Shown here piece by piece: positions 36,519 through 42,626 of a stretch of 42,626 nucleotides of DNA (positions are counted from its first letter, which is position 1; each line of letters starts with the position of its first letter). The stretch covers positions 1 through 42,626 of IMG/VR virus record IMGVR_UViG_3300002301_000031; one strand, given 5' to 3'. The notes below the pieces were generated by a model. It saw only the letters and a program-made list of their open reading frames with translations. It did no database searches and had not been told where the DNA came from. The stretch comes from a virus (lineage: Duplodnaviria > Caudoviricetes). Made by a program: the position numbers and the translations under genes.

Positions 36519-36666
36519 GCTTATACAAGAGACTAATAGTGCGGAGTAATTAACCGAAACTATAAACAGATAGTCTGGTGAGAAGGTGCGTCAGGTCGCT
36601 ACGATTGTGGTGGACGGCAATCTGAGGTTGGGTTCGATTCCCATGGTTTGTGTATCTTGTATAAGC
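36519..36666 (+). ncRNA. Structured RNA 2 with T-arm mimic
   Basis: Perfect 12-bp closing stem GCTTATACAAGA/TCTTGTATAAGC; TGGG-TTCGATT-CCCA. Confidence 0.6.
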
Positions 36667-36681
36667 GCAACAACTTTTTAC

Positions 36682-36755
36682 ATCACCGTGGCGTAATGGT
36701 AGCGTAAGGGTCTCCAAAACCTTTGGTCTGGGTTCAAATCCTAGCGGTGGTGCCA
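36682..36755 (+). tRNA. tRNA-Trp(CCA)
   Basis: Cloverleaf; loop CT-CCA-AA; encoded CCA. Confidence 0.92.
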
Positions 36756-36832
36756 ATTATGTCAAAAAATTGACAGTTGACAAACTCTAAATCTGTGTTA
36801 TATTAGTAATATAAGCAGTTTAGGAGAAATTC

Positions 36833-37465
36833 ATGCGCAAGATTGCCTTATTTTCCCATCATCCACAGTGCTCACGCGACTGTGTAAATGGTATGATTTC
36901 CGCTCTCAGCGGCGCATATGATGTAGAGACTTTTCGGGTAGACGATGACTTTGGCGCTATCTTGGGTTCCGCTGATATCGTCGCCTTTCCTGGCGGTATC
37001 GGTGACAGCATGTCATTTGACTATCTGCTTGGCGACAAGGTAGAGATGATCCAAGACTTTGTTGCTAATGGCGGTAAGTATCTTGGCATCTGCATGGGCG
37101 CATACTGGGCTGGCAGCCACTATTTCAATCTGCTTGATGGTGTAGATGCTGTTCAGTATATCAAGCGTCCTACTGCCGATATTGCTCGTCCTTATGGCAC
37201 GGTCGCAGATGTTACATGGAACGGCAAGCGTGACTCTATGTACTTCTATGATGGCTGTGCATTGGTAGGCAACAAGCGTAAGTTTGAAACCGTTGCTGCC
37301 TATGCTAACGGCGATGCTATGGCTATCAAGCAAGGCAATGTAGGTATCATTGGTTGTCATCCTGAGAGCCAACAATACTGGTATGATACATGGCAGTATA
37401 TGCCAGATTACTGGCATGGCGGTCGTCATCATGCAATGTTGCGTGAGTTCGTAGATAAATTATAA
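36833..37465 (+). CDS. Class I glutamine amidotransferase-like (BPL_N-type) protein
   Basis: FPGG, GG.YLGICMGAY nucleophile elbow, GCHPE; TTGACA at 36777. Confidence 0.85.
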   Translation: MRKIALFSHHPQCSRDCVNGMISALSGAYDVETFRVDDDFGAILGSADIVAFPGGIGDSMSFDYLLGDKVEMIQDFVANGGKYLGICMGAYWAGSHYFNLLDGVDAVQYIKRPTADIARPYGTVADVTWNGKRDSMYFYDGCALVGNKRKFETVAAYANGDAMAIKQGNVGIIGCHPESQQYWYDTWQYMPDYWHGGRHHAMLREFVDKL

Positions 37466-37479
37466 TTGGATAGTAAATT

Positions 37480-38103
37480 ATGAAAATAGATAATAACTTT
37501 GTTTTTTTGTTGTTTACTCCTGGTGTGGGTGGAAATCATTTAACAAATTTATTATCTATTTCTTTAAATATTTTTGCAAATCTTCCAGACAATAAAGAAG
37601 ATATTATTAATAGCTATACAACACCAGAAGTAAATTTTAATAGACATAATTTTCGGAAAGAAAATTTTAAAAAAATAATATCAAATAATAAAAAACAAAA
37701 CGATATTATAGTATGTGGGCATTTTTCAGAATATCTATCTTTAGAAAATTTTCTTACAAAAATTATTAAAAATAAAAAATTTATATCCATAACTGAATTA
37801 GATGAAGAATCTATTGGAAAATTAAAAAACAGACTTAAGTTTATTGGAAATATTTACAACGTAATAGAAAACGAATATTATTTGCATGAACAAAGATTAA
37901 TATACAGTTCGCATAATTTGTCTAAATTATTAGATTGTAAAAAAGAAGATATCGTAGAAGTAAAATTAAATGATCTGTTGTCTGAAAATATTATTCCAGT
38001 TTTAAACAAAATAGGCAATAATTTGGGATACACTGAATTTAGTTGTTTAGAATTTTGTCAAGAACTTCATACTATTTGGTTAAAAAACAATAATATAATT
38101 TAA
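37480..38103 (+). CDS. AT-rich protein, P-loop/sulfotransferase-like N-terminus
   Basis: F.PG.GGNHL..LLS; function weakly inferred. Confidence 0.5.
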   Translation: MKIDNNFVFLLFTPGVGGNHLTNLLSISLNIFANLPDNKEDIINSYTTPEVNFNRHNFRKENFKKIISNNKKQNDIIVCGHFSEYLSLENFLTKIIKNKKFISITELDEESIGKLKNRLKFIGNIYNVIENEYYLHEQRLIYSSHNLSKLLDCKKEDIVEVKLNDLLSENIIPVLNKIGNNLGYTEFSCLEFCQELHTIWLKNNNII

Positions 38104-38107
38104 CTAT

Positions 38108-38185
38108 GGGGAAGTGTGCGCGGAATGGTTACGCCAAGGTCTGCAAAACCTTTTTATGTGGGTTCAAGTCCCATCTTCCCCTCCA
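38108..38185 (+). tRNA. tRNA-Cys(GCA)
   Basis: AAGGT-CTGCAAA-ACCTT; U73; CCA. Confidence 0.92.
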
Positions 38186-38193
38186 ACTTTTGT

Positions 38194-38269
38194 GCAAAGT
38201 TAGCAAATGTGGTCATTGCACTGGACTGAAAATCCAGCCAACTTGGTTCGATCCCAAGACTTTGCACCA
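38194..38269 (+). tRNA. tRNA-Phe(GAA)
   Basis: CTGGA-CTGAAAA-TCCAG; CCA. Confidence 0.9.
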
Positions 38270-38289
38270 TTTTTATTAAAGGAAATGCA

Positions 38290-38541
38290 ATGATAGAAGC
38301 AGCATTAGTATTTTTGTCAATGTTTGTGGTTGATATCTTTTATGCGATTTATCTTAAAAGCATTGAAAATAACAAACCATTACATGCATCATCAATGGCG
38401 ACTATCGTTTTCTTCATTGCAAGTATTGCAACGATTGGTTACGTAGATAATCACTGGTTATTAATTCCTGCGTGTTTAGGTGCGTTTGCAGGAACTTGGG
38501 TTGGTGTAAAATATAACATTAAAAAAGGAAAAAACAAGTGA
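38290..38541 (+). CDS. Small multi-pass membrane protein
   Basis: Three hydrophobic segments; GAFAGTWVG; AAGGA RBS. Confidence 0.75.
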   Translation: MIEAALVFLSMFVVDIFYAIYLKSIENNKPLHASSMATIVFFIASIATIGYVDNHWLLIPACLGAFAGTWVGVKYNIKKGKNK

Positions 38542-38779
38542 AACGGGACTGTATCTAGAAACAAAAGATGGACGCATCGTCAATATTACAGTTTATGTAA
38601 TGGGCGGTCTGCATACTTTAACAAAGACATACACCATATATTATGAAGAGGCAGTGGGCGGTTTTCCCGATTTACATAATTGGTGGTTTTTCAAAGAAGT
38701 AAAAGACGAACCTGATGGTCTATACTATGATAAACGAAGCTACTTTATTGAAATAAAAACAAAAGGCTCCATCTTATAA
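38538..38779 (+). pseudogene. Frame-disrupted ORF (would read MKTGLYLETKDGRIV...)
   Basis: GTGA-coupled start is out of frame with an 80-codon open frame from 38540 to TAA at 38779. Confidence 0.35.
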
Positions 38780-38839
38780 TGGCTATTATCCTTGACTGTC
38801 TATCAGGGGATAGGGGTTCGATTCCCCTTGGAGTCGCCA
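38765..38839 (+). tRNA. tRNA-Asp(GTC)
   Basis: CTTGA-CTGTCTA-TCAGG; G73; CCA. Confidence 0.92.
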
Positions 38840-38851
38840 ACACAATTTAAT

Positions 38852-38913
38852 GCTGGGGTTTGCATGGGTGCTTTAACTAACAACCATAGGGTTCGATTCC
38901 CTACCCCCGCTCA
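38852..38913 (+). ncRNA. Truncated tRNA-like element
   Basis: Acceptor-like stem (6 of 7 pairs) and perfect T-arm TAGGG-TTCGATT-CCCTA; no proper anticodon arm; ends TCA. Confidence 0.55.
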
Positions 38914-38921
38914 ATTATAAT

Positions 38922-38998
38922 CCGCCCATAGATAACGCTGGCTATATCACCACCCTTTCAAGGTGAAGTAACGGGATCGACACCCGTTGGGCGGACCA
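38922..38998 (+). tRNA. tRNA-Glu(TTC)
   Basis: CACC-CTTTCAA-GGTG; CCA. Confidence 0.9.
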
Positions 38999-39064
38999 AT
39001 AAACTTTTAGTTGACAATATTTTATAATATGGTACAGTTAAAGTTATGTGAAGGAGTAATACAC

Positions 39065-39586
39065 ATGACGTTAGAAGAGTTTGCTGTATTTTCTGAAATT
39101 GCAAAACCAATTTTAGAAGCGGCGCGAAATGATATTGATTATTATGCTGGTACTATCTATGAAGGTTTTTTAGAATTACCTAATACTGTTCGTGGAAGTA
39201 TTGGTGAAAATATTGTAAGTGCTGATATGGCAAGTCGCGGTCACATAATTAAAGATCGCACTAGCGCAGGTCATGATCGTATTATTGATGGCATTAAAAC
39301 TGAAATCAAACATGGCATCCAAGGCAAAGGCAATCCAGACAGTCATATTATTAATCATATAAGTGCTGACAAAGATTGGGATCGTTTAGTATTTTATGGC
39401 GTAAACCGTCCTCTAGAAAATATGCGACGGATTTGGTTTACCAAAGAAGATTTTTTAGCGAACATTAACAGCGGCATTTTTCGCAGACAACAAGGTGGCG
39501 CAGATTTAGAAAATGATGATTATATGTGTAGTAAAACTCCCTTATTGTTGAACCAACCATGGGTTCATGATATAAGTGAATGGTAA
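39065..39586 (+). CDS. PD-(D/E)XK restriction-like endonuclease
   Basis: GSIGE helix, HDRII, TEIK; own TTGACA (39011) and AAGGAG RBS. Confidence 0.65.
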   Translation: MTLEEFAVFSEIAKPILEAARNDIDYYAGTIYEGFLELPNTVRGSIGENIVSADMASRGHIIKDRTSAGHDRIIDGIKTEIKHGIQGKGNPDSHIINHISADKDWDRLVFYGVNRPLENMRRIWFTKEDFLANINSGIFRRQQGGADLENDDYMCSKTPLLLNQPWVHDISEW

Positions 39587-39589
39587 TAT

Positions 39590-39664
39590 TGGCGTGTAAC
39601 TCAGAGGTAGAGTACAGTCCTGATAAGACTGGAGTCGTTGGTTCAATTCCAACCATGCCAACCA
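39590..39664 (+). tRNA. tRNA-Ile(GAT)
   Basis: CAGTC-CTGATAA-GACTG; CCA. Confidence 0.93.
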
Positions 39665-39670
39665 ATTAAT

Positions 39671-39746
39671 ACCCAAGTAGCACAGCGGTAGTGGCAACGC
39701 TCTCATAAGGCGTGGGTCGTTGGTTCAAATCCAACCTTGGGTACCA
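39671..39746 (+). tRNA. tRNA with CAT anticodon (elongator Met or Ile2)
   Basis: ACGCT-CTCATAA-GGCGT; CCA; identity not resolvable by eye. Confidence 0.88.
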
Positions 39747-39751
39747 ATTAT

Positions 39752-39827
39752 TGGGGAATAGTTCAGTTGGTAGAACGCAACACTCTGAATGTTGATGTCC
39801 GAGGTTCGAGTCCTTGTTCCCCAACCA
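39752..39827 (+). tRNA. tRNA-Gln(CTG)
   Basis: CAACA-CTCTGAA-TGTTG; CCA. Confidence 0.92.
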
Positions 39828-39834
39828 AATTCGT

Positions 39835-39910
39835 GGACCGTTAACTCAGTTGGTAGAGTAGGGGACTCTTAATCCTTTTGTCGGGGGTTCAAATCCCTCA
39901 CGGTCTACCA
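39835..39910 (+). tRNA. tRNA-Lys(CTT)
   Basis: GGGGA-CTCTTAA-TCCTT; CCA. Confidence 0.92.
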
Positions 39911-39921
39911 TTAAATACAGT

Positions 39922-40380
39922 ATGAAGAAAATAGTTTTAATTTGTCTGCTATTAGCAGGTTGTAACTCTCTTGAACCACAAAGCATTGGCGTTGTAGGAA
40001 CAGGTTTATCTCATCATTTGAAAGAAAGATCAAGTCCGCCATATAATGAAACTAATAGTGGTTTGGGAGTAAGATTAAATCTTGACAACGATACTGCTAT
40101 TCAAGGTGGGTTTTTTGATAACAGTTATAACAAACAAAGCAATTATGCTATCATAGATTATTCACCATATAAGTTACTAAAACAAAATGATTGCGGTAAC
40201 ATGGATGTGGGTGGATTTTTAGGAGCAGCAACTGGATATAAAGCATACACAGTGCCAGTTGGCGGTATACAGGGCGCGATTCATTGTGGTGATTTTTATG
40301 TACGCACAAGAGTAACACCAGCACCAGTTGCAGGCGCAGTATTATCCGTTGAAGTAGGTTATACCGTTTTTAAATTTTAA
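39922..40380 (+). CDS. Lipoprotein-signal outer-membrane beta-barrel, PagP-like
   Basis: Lipobox LLAGC; SHH...YNETN.GLG, F.NSY; terminal F. Confidence 0.6.
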   Translation: MKKIVLICLLLAGCNSLEPQSIGVVGTGLSHHLKERSSPPYNETNSGLGVRLNLDNDTAIQGGFFDNSYNKQSNYAIIDYSPYKLLKQNDCGNMDVGGFLGAATGYKAYTVPVGGIQGAIHCGDFYVRTRVTPAPVAGAVLSVEVGYTVFKF

Positions 40381-40381
40381 T

Positions 40382-40456
40382 GTTCTCTTGGTGAAATGGA
40401 TATCACCGAAGTCTACGAAACTTCAGTTCCAAGTTCGAATCTTGGGGAGAACGCCA
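40382..40456 (+). tRNA. tRNA-Arg(ACG)
   Basis: GAAGT-CTACGAA-ACTTC; CCA. Confidence 0.92.
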
Positions 40457-40461
40457 ATTTG

Positions 40462-40623
40462 TTAAGGGCGACCTTGACCACGATATGCTTTAACAGAACG
40501 ACGAACGCTTTTATTTTTAGGGCGACTGGCTTTTGCATTACCAATACTAGTGCGTTTATTGACGCTGCTTTTCTTGAAAGTAACCTTTGCTGCGCCATTT
40601 GCGCCGCCTTTTGCTTTAGCCAT
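40462..40623 (-). CDS. 53-aa basic protein ending KAYRGQGRP
   Basis: Hand-translated; GGAG RBS and TAAATA upstream; YRGQG terminus recalled from small T4-like phage proteins. Confidence 0.8.
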   Translation of the reverse strand: MAKAKGGANGAAKVTFKKSSVNKRTSIGNAKASRPKNKSVRRSVKAYRGQGRP

Positions 40624-40676
40624 AATTGATTCTCCCTAAAGAAATATTTAGTGTTTTTTATATCAATAAGTATCGT

Positions 40677-42236
40677 ATGCGTGTAAAATTCATAGTATCT
40701 CCTGATTATAATTTCAGAGGCAGAATTGTTAATCCAGCTTATTGGTTTCTAAGATCATATTACAAATTCAGTAGTAAAAATTATGACAAGATTACATGGC
40801 TAGATGCGCATTTTCAATTTTTAACTGATAACGATGCAATGATTAATACTATCATTGAAGAGAAAGTTGATGTATTATGCATGAGTATCTATATTTGGAA
40901 TCGTGAACAATATCTTACAATCGCAAAAAAAGTTAAAGAATTAAATCCAAATATTATAATAATTGCAGGCGGTCCTGAATTAGATGCTTATAAAAATCCA
41001 GATTTTTGGAATGAAAATTCTCAATTAGATTATGTAGTTTATGGCGATGGAGAATTTGCTTTTAAAGTTTTACTTGATCATTTAGTAGATGGTACATCAT
41101 TAGAAGATGCTGTAAACATTGTAACTAAAGAAAAAATATACCCATTTAAAATTTTTACCGATAAAGAATTTTCCAAGATAAGTCCATGGCTAGAAATGGA
41201 AGATGATATCATGCGAGTGATAAAAGAAGCCAATGGCGAAACATTATTGTTTAATTGGGAAATGAGCAGAGGATGTCCATATTCTTGCAGTTTCTGCGAT
41301 TGGAGTAGCGGATTACATAATAAAGTTAAACGCCGAAAGGGAAATTGGCGCGAAGAAATAGATTTATTTGCAAAAATAAATGTCAATGTTGGAATTATTG
41401 ATGCAAATTGGGGGCAGTTTCCAGAAGATATTGAAATTCATCAATATGCTGTTGATAAATTAGGTGATAAACTATGGACTCAAAATTTTAGTAAACTTAA
41501 TAAAAAAACAGTTTATGAAATGATAAAGATTCAAGGGCGTGGAAGAGAAAGTACATTTAAAACAAATATATCATTGCAAGATATTAATCCAGAAGTTTTA
41601 AAAAACATTGATAGACCAGAAGTTCCATGGGAAGAACATAGAAAATTTATAATTGAATTATTAGAAAATAATCCAAATATACAAGCAACCCCAGAATTAA
41701 TAGTTGGTTTACCAGGACAAACACCAGATTCTTTTATGAATACGATAACTGAATTGCATGATATCGGAGTAAGTCGCATTACTCATCATGGATGGGTTTT
41801 GTTAACAAATAGTCCAGCAAATAATATTGAATACCAAGAAAAACATAAAATTAAAATAGAAAATTTAATTTGGTTAGCAAATACTATATTTCCAGATAGA
41901 CAATCAGCATTGGTATCTGCAAACAATAAAGATAATAAAACTTTTATAGCAAAAACAATAGTTGGAACATATTCATGTGATCTAGCAGATATTTTAACTA
42001 TGCATAGTTTTGCTGGATTATATAACAGCATAATGCATTTCAATCCAAAGTTAAATCCGTTAAAAATAATTAACAGAAATAGACAACGAATAATTGACAT
42101 GAGTAATCAACATGCAGAAATCATGAATAATGATAAAATATTTGGCATTGAAAATTATACTGGTTTCGTAGATTATAAAAATCTATGGGAATATTATGAT
42201 AAAAATAACTTTAATAGAATGTTAAAAGATATATAA
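40677..42236 (+). CDS. Cobalamin-binding radical SAM protein
   Basis: S.YIWN...A...K...P...I..GGP B12 domain, GDGE, RGCPYSCSFC, DANWG, ELIVGLPG.T; start moved to MRVKF. Confidence 0.9.
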   Translation: MRVKFIVSPDYNFRGRIVNPAYWFLRSYYKFSSKNYDKITWLDAHFQFLTDNDAMINTIIEEKVDVLCMSIYIWNREQYLTIAKKVKELNPNIIIIAGGPELDAYKNPDFWNENSQLDYVVYGDGEFAFKVLLDHLVDGTSLEDAVNIVTKEKIYPFKIFTDKEFSKISPWLEMEDDIMRVIKEANGETLLFNWEMSRGCPYSCSFCDWSSGLHNKVKRRKGNWREEIDLFAKINVNVGIIDANWGQFPEDIEIHQYAVDKLGDKLWTQNFSKLNKKTVYEMIKIQGRGRESTFKTNISLQDINPEVLKNIDRPEVPWEEHRKFIIELLENNPNIQATPELIVGLPGQTPDSFMNTITELHDIGVSRITHHGWVLLTNSPANNIEYQEKHKIKIENLIWLANTIFPDRQSALVSANNKDNKTFIAKTIVGTYSCDLADILTMHSFAGLYNSIMHFNPKLNPLKIINRNRQRIIDMSNQHAEIMNNDKIFGIENYTGFVDYKNLWEYYDKNNFNRMLKDI

Positions 42237-42243
42237 TAATGAT

Positions 42244-42317
42244 GCGGCTATGATGTAGAGGTAACCTGCTTCGTTGCCAACGAAGATTCGCCAGTTCGAT
42301 TCTGGCTAGCCGCTCCA
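42244..42317 (+). tRNA. tRNA-Gly(GCC)
   Basis: CTTCG-TTGCCAA-CGAAG; U73; CCA. Confidence 0.92.
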
Positions 42318-42365
42318 ATTTTTTTCATTGACAATCTGCAAAATCATGTTATATTAATAATATGA

Positions 42366-42440
42366 GCCGTCTAAGTGTTAAAGGTTGCACACGAGTTTGT
42401 GGCACTCGTAGAACTGGATCGATACCAGTAGACGGTACCA
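42366..42440 (+). tRNA. tRNA-His(GTG), alphaproteobacterial type
   Basis: CGAGT-TTGTGGC-ACTCG; G1:U72, A73, A at -1; TTGACA at 42328. Confidence 0.9.
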
Positions 42441-42487
42441 AAAATAATGCTTGACAAAAGAATATAATATGCTATTATAACAATATT

Positions 42488-42575
42488 GGGACGGCTGCTC
42501 AGACGGCGGATGGGCGGCGGGCTGTAAACCCGTTACATAGAAACGGAGTAGGTTCGAATCCTACCCGTCCCACCA
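42488..42575 (+). tRNA. tRNA-Tyr(GTA)
   Basis: GCGGG-CTGTAAA-CCCGT; long variable arm; CCA; TTGACA at 42451. Confidence 0.92.
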
Positions 42576-42583
42576 AAATTTAT

Positions 42584-42626
42584 TGCGGGGTAGAGAAGTG
42601 GTCATCTCGCCAGTCTCATAAACTGG
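42584..42626 (+). tRNA. tRNA-Met(CAT), partial at the window end
   Basis: TGCGGGG 5' end; CCAGT-CTCATAA-ACTGG. Confidence 0.8.

Noticed and set aside
36281-36680. tmRNA, riboswitch or self-cleaving ribozyme
   Set aside because: No tag frame or tmRNA termini, and I could not identify a hammerhead, HDV/theta, twister or T-box core by eye; an Rfam search is still needed.
36550-36756. 68-aa minus ORF (also 39465-39665, 40396-40629, 40413-40598)
   Set aside because: These overlap tRNA genes or are off-frame/antisense to the real 53-aa basic protein.
38852-38913. Ochre suppressor tRNA and stop-codon recoding
   Set aside because: The stem around TTA is poor, the loop is 10 nt and there is no CCA; genes read normally in code 11 with many TAA stops.

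Overview
The window is a 42.6 kb segment of a large T4-like myophage. The left part (1-13.8 kb, mostly minus strand) is a late morphogenesis block: terminase large subunit, putative head-internal proteins, head completion nuclease, two tail-tube-family genes, a 1098-aa tail sheath, dNMP kinase and neck protein. The middle (14-29 kb) is a mosaic of small early genes behind repeated TTGACA/TATAAT promoters, interspersed with glycan-type enzymes (some strongly AT-rich), a porin-like beta-barrel and a Bax-like glucosaminidase. A tail-fibre operon, two beta-class DNA methyltransferases and a Pho-box-preceded pstS follow. From 36.1 kb there is a tRNA array (13 complete tRNAs, 1 partial, plus tRNA-like RNAs) that runs off the window end. 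tRNA-His features (no G-1, G1:U72, A73) and the porin N-terminus point to an alphaproteobacterial host, probably Rhizobiales. The standout is at 36088-36280. A promoter drives a 26-codon leader peptide, missed by the ORF track, embedded in a complete 1:2 / 2:3 / 3:4 attenuator fold at the head of the tRNA array. The leader uses 17 of 20 amino acids, including a K-H-N-D-Y-N run. It looks like a ribosome-stalling sensor that turns on phage tRNA and tRNA-like RNA transcription when host tRNAs are depleted or cleaved. All calls are by eye; no database searches or folding programs were run.
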